Positions 46,251-55,629 of a DNA stretch of 64,000 nt are shown here, piece after piece. The position numbers were made by a program, and so were the translations under genes. The stretch comes from Candidatus Latescibacterota bacterium (GTDB taxonomy: Bacteria; Latescibacterota; UBA2968). The notes under the pieces were generated by a model, which worked only from the letters and a program-made list of their open reading frames with translations, made no database searches and was not told the origin of the DNA. The stretch spans positions 5,120,001 to 5,184,000 of the forward strand of contig OZ244960.1 of the NCBI GenBank assembly GCA_965222605.1, given 5' to 3'. The stretch's first letter is position 1. The number at the start of each line of letters is the position of its first letter.

Positions 46251-47861
46251 TTACACTTCTCGACACGGCTTTCGCACAATGACGAGGTTGAGGGTGAGAT
46301 CTTGAAGGGCGTCTCGGAAGACGCTACGCATCTGGTCGTCGGTATCTTGTTCATGGACTTCGCGGACTCGTGACGCTCCGCATGCAAGGGCGAGGTCGCG
46401 CATGGTGACTTGCGGTCCGGCTTCGCCATCTATTTGAACGCCCTGATCGGGTGTGGTTTGTCCACCAGTGGTAAGCGAGCCGCCATTGTCGAGTACCATA
46501 ACAATGGGCGTCGCACCTGTGGCGCGCGCATGGACGAGGGCATTGATGCCGCCGTGATAAAAGGCAGAGTCGCCACAGATCGCAATGGTGCGTTCGGCAA
46601 TATCCGTTTTGCTCAGGCCACAGGCTACGCCAATAGCGGATCCCATTGAAAGTTTGGTGTCGAGCATGGGAGCGGCCATTACCACGCATCCCGGATCGGC
46701 AGATATAAAGGGATTTTGACCGAGGGCATTGGCTTCTTCGCGGAGTGCAGAAAGGATTTCTGTGAAGGGGCAACCGGCGCAGTGGTTTTTGCGAAAGGGT
46801 TTTTCGCTTTCCCAATTTTCTTCGGTGTAGCGCGTGGTTGGCGAGAAACCCGGAAGATAGCTATCGAGTGCGTTTTGTATATGCCAGCGGAAGAGTTCCC
46901 CCACACTGGTGAGATGTCCCGTGCGTTTGCCCAGAATTGACGGGGTAAAACCGGCGTCGTAACCAATGGCTTTGATGGCGTCTTCAACATAGGGATCGAC
47001 TTCTTCAACGACGAGTACTTCGCTACACTTTGCGAGAAAGTCTGCGATGAGTTTTTGCGGGAGGGGATACAGGGCACTGAGTTTGAGGATGGAGAGGTCA
47101 GATGTGTCTGCCCCTTCAAGCGCGTCGAGGAGTTTGGTATGTACCATGCCACAAGCGATGATGCCTTTTTGTCCATCGCCAACTATGTGATTGAAGGGCA
47201 GGTCGCTAAATTGTGCGGTGGCGCGTGCGATTTTTTCGTGTAATTCTGTGTGGTTGCCTTCGGTTGTGCGAAGTGCGGATATCCAACTCATTGGTTCGCG
47301 GTCGGGTTCGCGGGTGGGGTGTTGCGCTGCGGGACGGAAGTCTGAGAGGACCTGCGTGCTGACGCTGTAACTTCTGGTCAGGCGCAAAATCACGATGGAT
47401 TGCAGGCTTTCTGAGTATTCAAAAGCCCATTTTATCATGTCGCGGCCTTCTTCTGGCGTGGCGGGTTCGAGCATTGGAAGTTCGGCCAGGGGACCAAGGG
47501 TGCGTGTATCTTGTTCGTTTTGCGATCCCCAGGCGCCGGGATCATCGCCCATGACAATGACAAGTCCGGCGTGTACACCGGTCATGTTGAGCACCATCAG
47601 GGTATCGAGCGCGACGTTCATGCCCACGCTTTTGAGACATACGAGCGCGCGCTTGCCGCCTTGTGATGCACCAGCAGCCATATCCAGGGCAATGCGTTCA
47701 TTGATACACCATTCGGCGTGATGCCCGTGGTCTTTGGCCATTTCGGCCATGGCGTTAAAAGTATTTGTGCCGGGTGAGCCGGGATACCCGGTTACAACGC
47801 CGACGCCCGCTTCTACCGCACCCCATGCCAGGGCGCGTTCTCCGTCAATGGTATGGGTCAT
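46251..47861 (-). CDS. iorA: Indolepyruvate:ferredoxin oxidoreductase alpha-subunit-like TPP enzyme
   Basis: G..A.A.GA.EAGV...TGYPGSP.T, NE..A...A.GAS..G.R....KSVG.NVA.D, DDPG...SQNEQD.R, CAGCP, D.GC, MG.AIG, GDS.F.H.G, LDN...TTGGQ. Ends at KPCREV with no ferredoxin domain. Confidence 0.82.
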   Translation of the reverse strand: MTHTIDGERALAWGAVEAGVGVVTGYPGSPGTNTFNAMAEMAKDHGHHAEWCINERIALDMAAGASQGGKRALVCLKSVGMNVALDTLMVLNMTGVHAGLVIVMGDDPGAWGSQNEQDTRTLGPLAELPMLEPATPEEGRDMIKWAFEYSESLQSIVILRLTRSYSVSTQVLSDFRPAAQHPTREPDREPMSWISALRTTEGNHTELHEKIARATAQFSDLPFNHIVGDGQKGIIACGMVHTKLLDALEGADTSDLSILKLSALYPLPQKLIADFLAKCSEVLVVEEVDPYVEDAIKAIGYDAGFTPSILGKRTGHLTSVGELFRWHIQNALDSYLPGFSPTTRYTEENWESEKPFRKNHCAGCPFTEILSALREEANALGQNPFISADPGCVVMAAPMLDTKLSMGSAIGVACGLSKTDIAERTIAICGDSAFYHGGINALVHARATGATPIVMVLDNGGSLTTGGQTTPDQGVQIDGEAGPQVTMRDLALACGASRVREVHEQDTDDQMRSVFRDALQDLTLNLVIVRKPCREV

Positions 47862-47903
47862 TGTTATACTCCTGAATAAAAAGATCGGGTGATAGCAGTG
47901 GAA

Positions 47904-47934
47904 ATAGTAAAACGCGCGAGGACATATTTGTCAA
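47904..47934 (-). promoter_or_regulatory. Possible sigma70 promoter for iorA
   Basis: Minus strand TTGACA-19 nt-TACTAT about 45 nt upstream of the AGGAG/ATG. The spacing is non-optimal. Confidence 0.35.
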
Positions 47935-47967
47935 GAGCAGAAGGAATTGTGTGGCGATGGGGTAAAA

Positions 47968-49346
47968 TCAAATAAAGCCAATCATCTGCCAATATAACAG
48001 GGTCAGTGGAAGTAACACGATGAGCGTCAGCAGAGAAATCAGCGACATCACGAGTGCGAATTGTCCCATTCGGGCATAGCGAAAACTGTATGCGACAATA
48101 AATGGCGCGCCCTGATAGGGGATGAAAACCACGCCTGTGCCGATTGCCAGACTGAGGGCGATGGGTAGGGGCGATAGACCGAGTTGAGGACCGAGGTCGA
48201 GCAGGAAGGGAGCGAGTACGCCACCAACCGCAGCGGTGTCCATCAAGAAATCAAATGGCACAGCCAGACAAGCTATAAGGGCGAGTTGGGCAATGGGAGT
48301 TTCAACTGTTTGGAGATGGTGTATGAATACGGACGCGAGGGCGCGGTTGAGGCCAGATTGTTCGAGGGCGTGACCAATGGCAAAGACCGCGGAGATGAAT
48401 ATGAGAAGGGGAAAATTGACTTTTTTTATGGTGTCAAAAGGCAAGGGTCCCCAGCCGGGTAGATAGCAGAGGAGGACGAGGGCAAGGCCGATATAGACCG
48501 GGTGTATGCCGTGTATAACATCGGTTGTCCACAGGAGAACACCTGCGATGAGAATACCGAGTATTTTTTTTTCGGGACCGGTCATGTGGGCGGGAACATC
48601 GGCGATAGCGGAATGGCCCGAGAGATCGAGTTCCCGCGAGGGGCGAAATAGCAAACGGATAAGGCCGTAGAGCAGGCCAACGCGCAGGAGGCCAATGATG
48701 GGAAAGAGATAATAGGCCCATTCGCTCCAGTAGATTGTGATATCGCGCGATTCCAGAACGCCGAGAATGACCAGATTGGGCACGCTGGCCGTTAGTATGC
48801 CCGTGCCGCTGTAATACGTGGCGCAGGTTAGTGAGAGAACGAGACCAGCACTGACTTTTGAGTTAGGGGCTTCGCCGAGGGTTTTGAGCAGAGATACGAC
48901 CATCGGCATCAAAATGAGGATGCGCACGACGCCAGAGGGGATCAACAGCGCCATTGTGAGGCCCAGGATGTGCAGGCCAAAGACGAGTTGCCGATACCCA
49001 CTCAGGCGACCGAGTACGCTTTGGGCCATTCGCGCCCCCAGCGGTGTTTCGGTAATGCCCAGGCTCAATGCCATTCCGGCAAAGACGAGCCAGACAGCTT
49101 TGCCAGAGAAGCCCTGAAAAGTGGTTTCAAAGGAGAGGATTTCGAGAAGCGGAAAGAGTGTGAGAATGAAGATGGCGGTGTAGGAAATAGGGATGGGTTC
49201 AAAGGTCCAGAAAATAACGGTGAGCGCGGTGAGGCCAAGTGCCATGCGGGCAGATATGCCAAGGTCACTGGGGAAGATGAGAATAAACAGTGCCGCGCGG
49301 GGCCGAGGATGAGGCCAATGGTTTGGGAACGGGTCATATCAGTCAT
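47968..49346 (-). pseudogene. SLC13/DASS-family anion permease with a frameshift near the N-terminus (pseudogene or assembly indel)
   Basis: The 425-aa body has DASS motifs (FWTFEPIP, GFS...VWLVFAG, IPS..VR, G.GILTASVPN, PYQ.AP). The N-terminus MTRSQTIGLILGPA is in another frame and joins ALFILIFPSDLGISARMALG at ~49295. Confidence 0.75.
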
Positions 49347-49475
49347 TTATTTTTTTGGTGTGTATGCAAGATAAGAGGACATGAGGTGATGGACAAATGA
49401 ATTGTAGCCATACGAGTTCGATATTGATTATAAGCAAAAAATCGCGTAATTTAGCGCGAAGAAAGGAGACAAAAG

Positions 49476-50645
49476 ATGAATTTTAGAGGCAAATTGGTTG
49501 ATACGTCACATGTCGTAACCGTACAAACAGATGGTGAGCAGATCGCGGCTATTCATCGCGGGGTGGCGGGAGATGCGATTGGTGGAGACGATGTGTGGAT
49601 CGCGCCGGCGATTTTTGATGTGCAGGTCAATGGTGTGGGTGGGATCAACTACAAAGCCAAGAATTTGACAGTGGAGAAAATCGTGGAGACGGCGGCGTGG
49701 ATGCACAGGAAGGGTACGGGTTTGTGGTGCCCTACGGTGACGACTTCGTCTGAGGAAGATGCGGTTCACGGTCTGGCGCTGTTGGCAAAGGCATGCGAGG
49801 AATCAGAAGTTGCGCGTGCGTCTTTTGTCGGGTTTCACGTTGAGGGACCTTATATCGCATCTGAAGATGGCCCACGCGGGGCGCACCCCCTGGAACATGT
49901 GCGCGATCCAGACTGGGATGAATTTCAGCGGTATCAGGAAGCGGCTGGTGGGCGCATTGCGATTTTTACGCTTGCGCCCGAGCGAGACGGTGCATTGGAA
50001 TTTATTGAGAAGGTGGCTGCAACGGGTGTTATTGTTTCAATTGGTCATTCGGGCGCGAGTCCCGAGCGCATCCAGGAGGCGGTTGTCGCCGGTGCCCAAA
50101 TGTCAACCCATCTGGGCAATGGCGCGCATGCCGAGTTGCCGCGCCATCCCAATTATATATGGGAACAACTCGCGGCAGATGCGTTGTGGGCAGGGATTAT
50201 TCCCGACGGATTTCACCTGCCACCTGCGGTGTTGAAGAGTTTTTATCGCGCAAAAGGCAAAGAACGTCTATGTTTGGTGAGTGATGTGGCATCTATCGCT
50301 GGCCTGTCGCCGGGTATTTACGGCAGCGAAAGCGGGTTGGGGCAGAGCGAGTTGCACGCCAATGGCAAAATTTCACTGGCGGGAACGCCTTATCTGGCGG
50401 GTGCGGGTTTGTTTTTGGACAGTGGCATTCCCAATGCCGTGCGGTTTACAGACGCTTCGCTATCCGATGCTATTGAAATGACATCGATCAACCCGGCGCG
50501 TTTGTTGGGGATAGAAGACCGCGTGGGGTCTGTGGATGTCGGCAAAGAGGCGAGTCTATCTCTATTCCGCTGGGAAGAAGGGCAGGAGAAATTGGACTTG
50601 GTGGCAACGGTGGTGCGCGGGCAGGTCGTTTATCAGGCTGCATAA
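49476..50645 (+). CDS. nagA: N-acetylglucosamine-6-phosphate deacetylase-like amidohydrolase
   Basis: AAGGAG RBS. AP..FD.QVNG..G, PT.TTS, GFHVEGPYI...G..GAH, TLAPE, SIGHS, THLGNG, DGFHLP, VSD, NPARLLG. Confidence 0.82.
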   Translation: MNFRGKLVDTSHVVTVQTDGEQIAAIHRGVAGDAIGGDDVWIAPAIFDVQVNGVGGINYKAKNLTVEKIVETAAWMHRKGTGLWCPTVTTSSEEDAVHGLALLAKACEESEVARASFVGFHVEGPYIASEDGPRGAHPLEHVRDPDWDEFQRYQEAAGGRIAIFTLAPERDGALEFIEKVAATGVIVSIGHSGASPERIQEAVVAGAQMSTHLGNGAHAELPRHPNYIWEQLAADALWAGIIPDGFHLPPAVLKSFYRAKGKERLCLVSDVASIAGLSPGIYGSESGLGQSELHANGKISLAGTPYLAGAGLFLDSGIPNAVRFTDASLSDAIEMTSINPARLLGIEDRVGSVDVGKEASLSLFRWEEGQEKLDLVATVVRGQVVYQAA

Positions 50646-50656
50646 AGGAATTCTAT

Positions 50657-51505
50657 ATGGCTAAAAAAAAGGTTGTTGTAACAGGTGCATCGGGCTATGT
50701 GTCAGGGCGGATGTTGCTGGCATTGCGCGAGAGATACGATTTGACATTGTTGGATGTGAAGACGACCAACCGCGAGGGTGAAGAAGTTGAAGGCGTGCAA
50801 GTTGTGGATTTAGAAAATCCGGATCGTGATGCGTATCGCGCCCATTTTCAAGGTGCCGATGCTGTGGTACACAGCGGGTTTAAGGGGACTGTAGATTGGC
50901 ATCATACGGATTATTGGAAGGAATCCGATAATATTCGGATGTGTTACAATGTGTATCAAACATGTGTTGAAGAAGGTGTGAAACGCATTGTGGTGATGAG
51001 TTCAAATCACGCATGCGATTTTTACGAGCGGTTGATCTGGTCTGACCGATTGGATTTTGCCACGACTGCTATGCTGCCTCTGTCTGACAATTTTTATGGT
51101 TGGGCAAAGTCGTCGTACGAGCATCTGGCTTTTGTGTTTGCAACGGGCAATGCTACCAATGGCAAGCGGCTGGAGAGTGTTCACATTCGCATTGGCGCGC
51201 CCCGAGATACCATTATGGAAGGGCAGACGGCGAATGATTTGAAGCAATTGCACCGCGAATTGGGCGCGTATTTGAGTGCGCGGGATTTGTCGCAATTGGT
51301 GATCAAAAGTATCGAGGCAGAGAATATTGAAGATGAAAATGGGGTGCCGTTTCAGGTGTTTTTTGGCATCAGCGGGAATACGCACCGGTTCTGGAATATC
51401 GACAATGCAAGGCGCGTTGTGGGATATGCGCCAGAGGATGATAGTCAGATCCGATTTGCGGAGGAGATTGCAGAGATTATTCGAGAAGTACAAAAAAAGC
51501 AATAA
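50657..51505 (+). CDS. NAD(P)-dependent epimerase/dehydratase family (uronate-dehydrogenase-like extended SDR)
   Basis: VVVTGASGYV, DAVVH, SSNHA, YGWAK, IRIG, LS.RD, S.N....W....A...GY.P.D. Confidence 0.8.
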   Translation: MAKKKVVVTGASGYVSGRMLLALRERYDLTLLDVKTTNREGEEVEGVQVVDLENPDRDAYRAHFQGADAVVHSGFKGTVDWHHTDYWKESDNIRMCYNVYQTCVEEGVKRIVVMSSNHACDFYERLIWSDRLDFATTAMLPLSDNFYGWAKSSYEHLAFVFATGNATNGKRLESVHIRIGAPRDTIMEGQTANDLKQLHRELGAYLSARDLSQLVIKSIEAENIEDENGVPFQVFFGISGNTHRFWNIDNARRVVGYAPEDDSQIRFAEEIAEIIREVQKKQ

Positions 51506-51517
51506 TGGGTTTTGAAT

Positions 51518-52642
51518 ATGAAAATTACGGGATTTGAGACGATTCCCATTCGGGGTCGGGCGATGGTTTTGAAGATGTTTACGGATGAGGGATTGGTGGG
51601 GTATGGCGAGCCGATGAATTACGAGCATTGGCGCGTGGTGGCTCAGGCGGTAGATGATATGGCCGAGTACCTGGTGGGCAAAGATCCGCTGAATATCGAA
51701 GACCACTGGCAGGCGATGTATCGCTCGAGTTATAGCCGGAGTATGCCGGTGTTGGTCGGTGCGCTGAGTGGGATTGAGATGGCGATGTGGGATGTGTTTG
51801 GCAAAATGGTTGGGCTGCCGGTCTGGAAACTGTTGGGTGGAAAAGTTCGCGATCGCATTCGCGTTTACACAGGTACGGGCGGGACAACGCCAGAAGAATG
51901 TGCGGAGAATGCAAGCCAAAAGGTGGCAGAAGGCTTTCGCGCTGTGAAGATGGGGGCTTCGCCGCGTCCTGTGAGATTTGTCGATACGCCAGAGACAATA
52001 GATTTTATGGTTTCGCGCGTTGCTGCGGTGCGCGAAGCTGTGGGCGATACGGTCGATATTGCCGTGGATTTGCATCGGCGGTTGAGTCCGACGATGGCCG
52101 CCATTTTGGTGAAGGAGTTAGAGCCGCTGCGTCCTTTGTTTGCGGAGGAGCCGTGTCATCCGGAAAACAACGAGGCGTTGTTGGCGCTGTCTCGGGGCAC
52201 AACCGTGCCTATTGCCACGGGCGAACGGCATTTGACGCGCTGGGGATTCCGCGAACTCATAGAGCGAGAAATGTGCGCGATTTTGCAACCCGATATTCGC
52301 CATTGCGGGGGCATGTTGGAATTAAAAAAGATCGCGGGGATGGCAGAGATACACAATATGGCGATTGCACCGCACAATGCCGCCGGACCTGTGGGGGTGG
52401 CAGCGTCGGTGCATGTGATGGCAACGATTCCAAATCTGTTGATTTGTGAGGGCGGGCATAACCGCGGTGAAGGTTTGTTTAAGACGCCTCTGATTTTTCG
52501 AGATGGTTTTATTGAATTGCCAACGGAGCCGGGTTTGGGTGTGGATATGGACGATGATGCGCTCGAGGCATTGCGCGATGAATCTTATCGCCTGCGCGGG
52601 ATGTTCTGGCATGAAGATGACGGATCTTTTGCGGATTATTAA
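51518..52642 (+). CDS. dgoD: Galactonate dehydratase-like mandelate racemase/enolase superfamily enzyme
   Basis: MKIT..ET, TDEG.VG.GE, LSGIE.A.WD..GK..G.PV..LLGGKVRD.I.VY, AVK, D.H.R, EEP, TGER, LQPD..H.GG, APHN, PGLGV..D, DGS.AD. Substrate is not certain. Confidence 0.75.
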   Translation: MKITGFETIPIRGRAMVLKMFTDEGLVGYGEPMNYEHWRVVAQAVDDMAEYLVGKDPLNIEDHWQAMYRSSYSRSMPVLVGALSGIEMAMWDVFGKMVGLPVWKLLGGKVRDRIRVYTGTGGTTPEECAENASQKVAEGFRAVKMGASPRPVRFVDTPETIDFMVSRVAAVREAVGDTVDIAVDLHRRLSPTMAAILVKELEPLRPLFAEEPCHPENNEALLALSRGTTVPIATGERHLTRWGFRELIEREMCAILQPDIRHCGGMLELKKIAGMAEIHNMAIAPHNAAGPVGVAASVHVMATIPNLLICEGGHNRGEGLFKTPLIFRDGFIELPTEPGLGVDMDDDALEALRDESYRLRGMFWHEDDGSFADY

Positions 52643-52646
52643 AAAA

Positions 52647-53843
52647 ATGCGTTTGATAAACCTTATGGTTCTATTGCTATTTGCAAGCAGTTATGTGGAG
52701 GCGATAGAGAGAGATGTGTTGGCAGTCCGACGGGAATACAACGATGTGTCCGCTGCCATAGATAGTCTCGTGCGAATGATGCAGGTGGCAGATGCCGAGG
52801 TGTTGAAGAAGCTGCCCGATGCGCGTTCCGAGCGCGTGTTGCCCGAGGGGATGACGGCTGTGATGATTTTTTGGGCGGATGACGAAGCGCGGGTTTGGCT
52901 CAATGATTTTCCCGTGGGCGAGACCCGGTTGACGCCTGTAGAAGTGACCGTGCCAGATTTGTATTTTCAAGGGCAAAATCGCCTGCGCGTGCGGTGTTGG
53001 GATACAGATCGGGTGGAGAGTGGTTTTTTGGGGGGATTATACTTGAAAGATCGCGCGGGTAGGTTGTACCCCATTGTGGTTTCCAATGGGACATGGGAGA
53101 CCACAGGAGGACGAGTGACGGAAATTACTTATGCCCATCCAATGCCGGATATTCCCGGCGCACAACCAATTTGGGGTGTGCGTATGTTTGGGTTTGTAGA
53201 TATGGCTATCACATTTGATCGGGGTACAATTGAACGCGCGCTTGCAAAAAGCGCATCCGCAATATCAATGGCTGCGCGGCAACAGGCGATGGATTATCAT
53301 ACCTTTGCCCAACAGATTGCTGTTTTGCAGGCTCGACGAGAAAAATTAAGAGCAGACTTAGCGCGTCAGGGCGATCTCAATGTGCCGCGTTACAATCGGG
53401 AACGCGCCCGTTCTACATCGCTGACACTGGGAAAAGCCGCGCCTTTGACCGAAAAGGTGTCGGCACCGGTGGCAAAAAATGTGCGGTCCTGGTCGGAGAA
53501 GTTACCGGCGGTGCAGCAGCAGTTGATTTATCCAGATCGCCGCGCGTTAAAAGGAGAAGGTGCCGCAACTGCGACCACGGGTGATGTGGTTCCCACTGCG
53601 AGTGACCGCGGCAGCCGAGAGCAGGCGTATCGCCCTCCTGAAGAACGCGGTGGGATGAAAAATAAAATGAAGGATAAGGGGGCCAATGCCCAGGTGCAGC
53701 CGCAGGGGATGAGACGCGGTGGTGCGGGTGGGCAGTCAAATCAGGCCACGCGATTGGGATTGTTGTTGCCAACGCTGCTATTGGGAATTTATGTGTTATA
53801 TGTGGCCATACGCTGGCAATCGTTAATGGGAGAAAGTGATTGA
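52647..53843 (+). CDS. Hypothetical exported protein: signal peptide, beta-sandwich-like domain, coiled coil, low-complexity linker and C-terminal TM helix
   Basis: Start reassigned to ATG 52647 (MRLINLMVLLLFASSYVEA). Segment ADD...VWLN..N.L.V...SG..G.L..VSNGTW..PIW. C-terminal LGLLLPTLLLGIYVLYVAIRW. Confidence 0.6.
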   Translation: MRLINLMVLLLFASSYVEAIERDVLAVRREYNDVSAAIDSLVRMMQVADAEVLKKLPDARSERVLPEGMTAVMIFWADDEARVWLNDFPVGETRLTPVEVTVPDLYFQGQNRLRVRCWDTDRVESGFLGGLYLKDRAGRLYPIVVSNGTWETTGGRVTEITYAHPMPDIPGAQPIWGVRMFGFVDMAITFDRGTIERALAKSASAISMAARQQAMDYHTFAQQIAVLQARREKLRADLARQGDLNVPRYNRERARSTSLTLGKAAPLTEKVSAPVAKNVRSWSEKLPAVQQQLIYPDRRALKGEGAATATTGDVVPTASDRGSREQAYRPPEERGGMKNKMKDKGANAQVQPQGMRRGGAGGQSNQATRLGLLLPTLLLGIYVLYVAIRWQSLMGESD

Positions 53844-54601
53844 TGTACGGATTACACTGGTCTGAATCGTTGTCGTTGGTTCTTTTTTGGGTGGTGTGTG
53901 CTATAGCAGGTGCATTGATTTTAATGCAACGCTTAAGTGTTATTTGTCGTTACGAAAAACAATTTGGCCTGCTCGAGTCCAATTGGCTTGGTGCGATAAT
54001 AGGTGGATTGGGCGGTGCTGGCATGGCGGGTATTGGCATTTATTTTTATTTTTTTGCACCAGCAGCTTCGGGTTGGGTTGAGTGGACAGGGCGTTCGGCT
54101 TATGTGCTCGTTTTGGGCAGTTCGGCAGCGCATCTGGTCACGTTTATTCATTTTTGGCGGCGATTGGGTGCAGAAGGTGCGGAAACAGGTAATTTGACCG
54201 CATTGCGCCAGGAGCAGGTGGATAAATTTCGCCAGAGCCGCGAGAATTATGCGGACTTAAAAGCGCGCGATGACGAGGCCGTAGATGAGTTACTCGCTGT
54301 GTTTGGCGAGCGGTTGTTGTCCGGGCAGCGCGCTTTGATTCGCGTTCCATTTTATGGGTATTTGGGTACTGTGTGCGGTATTTTGCTGATGGCCGAAGAA
54401 CTGACCCGACTGGATGAAGCGACCGAGACATTTAAGGTGTTGCGCGATATGGCAGGTGGATTGGTGCTGGCATTTCAGACAACACTCGTCGCCCTGCTGG
54501 CCTATCTGCCGCTTCGAAAGGGCTATGATATGTTGCTGAATCGCATGTCTGATCTGGAACGCAAATGGTTGGATATGCGCGAAGGGGAGAAAAGAGGGTG
54601 A
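53843..54601 (+). CDS. MotA/TolQ/ExbB proton-channel family protein
   Basis: VPFYGYLGTVCGI and GGLVLAFQTTLVAL match the P..G.LGTV.G and A..TT helices of the family. There are extra N-terminal TM helices. Confidence 0.75.
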   Translation: MYGLHWSESLSLVLFWVVCAIAGALILMQRLSVICRYEKQFGLLESNWLGAIIGGLGGAGMAGIGIYFYFFAPAASGWVEWTGRSAYVLVLGSSAAHLVTFIHFWRRLGAEGAETGNLTALRQEQVDKFRQSRENYADLKARDDEAVDELLAVFGERLLSGQRALIRVPFYGYLGTVCGILLMAEELTRLDEATETFKVLRDMAGGLVLAFQTTLVALLAYLPLRKGYDMLLNRMSDLERKWLDMREGEKRG

Positions 54602-55020
54602 GGCGACGTTTCTTACAGCGCGCAGTATCCGAAGCCGAAGCGCACGACGTGAGCAAAGAGTTATTCCTGGGCATTATGATGTTGATGCTGTGCCTGGGGA
54701 TTATGATTTTGAATGTGTCGCAGCCCGTGTGGCGCGTTTACCACCACGATCCCGAACCAGGAGATGTGGTGATTTTATATACTTCCAGAGGTCTGGCGTT
54801 TTCAGAAGATGGGCGATCTGCAAAGCGCAGTTTGGGATCGGGCGAGTTTCGCAAAACAGTAAATGATCTGGTTGCAGAACCCGACCGGAATTTGCATCTG
54901 TTTCTGAAGGGTGGCAGCCGAGAGCGTATGGTTAATGACGCGGCTTATGCAGATTCTCTTTTGTCTGTTGGCACAGCGGGCCAAAAGGTGCGTCCCGCCG
55001 TATTTGTGCATCTGTGGTAA
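54598..55020 (+). CDS. Small single-TM protein, putative ExbD/TolR-like partner
   Basis: GTG start overlaps the upstream stop (GTGA). Basic N-terminus RRR, acidic DVSKE before one TM helix, then a ~95-aa soluble domain. Confidence 0.5.
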   Translation: MRRRFLQRAVSEAEAHDVSKELFLGIMMLMLCLGIMILNVSQPVWRVYHHDPEPGDVVILYTSRGLAFSEDGRSAKRSLGSGEFRKTVNDLVAEPDRNLHLFLKGGSRERMVNDAAYADSLLSVGTAGQKVRPAVFVHLW

Positions 55021-55047
55021 ATCGTAAAATTTCAATATTCCTAAATC

Positions 55048-55080
55048 AAAAACCCGGTGATCTCACCGGATTTTTTTATT
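55048..55080. terminator. Rho-independent terminator, bidirectional
   Basis: AAAAAC-CCGGTGA-TC-TCACCGG-ATTTTTTT. Confidence 0.7.
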
Positions 55081-55628
55081 TTCTTCCTCTCGTACCTCTT
55101 TGTACTTCTGCATAAAGTATTCAAAAGAGGTATTCTTACTCGACGCCGTTTCTCGATCAAATAACTTCATAATCTCTTGCATAAAATCTATTCTTGAGTC
55201 GAATCTCTCTGACATCATAAGGTCAAACTGTTCTTTTGAAATACGGTCTGTATTGTTGTAGCTTCGTCGTATTTTGATTTGACGGCGAGAATCATCATTT
55301 AGCCCTGCGAGATACCAGCTTTCTATTTCTCGACATATGACACGACCAAAATTCGATCCTCTGATAGCTTCTTAAACTGGGATTTAATCTGCTCTTTCCT
55401 GGCTGTCACACAGGGGGAATCGTCCATGTCCGCAATAAAAATGTAATCGGCATGCGGTATAGAATTGATACCATTTAGGAAACCATTTATCTTTTTTAAT
55501 TTTTGCTGACTATACTCCCAATGCTGAACATAATCATAAATATGTTCATATATGGGTCTGATTAAGCGATCAAAGAATCGCTCATCGTCGGGTCCTTCCA
55601 GAAGAATAAAGAGCCTTCGGTAAGCCAA
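55063..55628 (-). pseudogene. TOPRIM-like (DUF4435/DUF4276-type) partner of the ABC ATPase, split by a frameshift
   Basis: TTG start 1 nt after the ATPase stop. LFILLEGPDDERFF, IFIADMD. After a frameshift at ~55341 the protein continues VICREIESWYLAGL...TDRISKE.F...SFEYFMQK to TGA at 55063. Confidence 0.72.
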
Positions 55629-55629
55629 T

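Noticed and set aside
51002-52075. 357-aa antisense ORF
   Set aside because: It is the shadow of the SDR and dehydratase genes on the opposite strand and has no recognisable motifs.
52647-55020. Zorya anti-phage system or flagellar stator
   Set aside because: The MotA-like protein has no long ZorA tail, the partner lacks an OmpA/peptidoglycan-binding domain, and no ZorC/D/E or flagellar genes are present.
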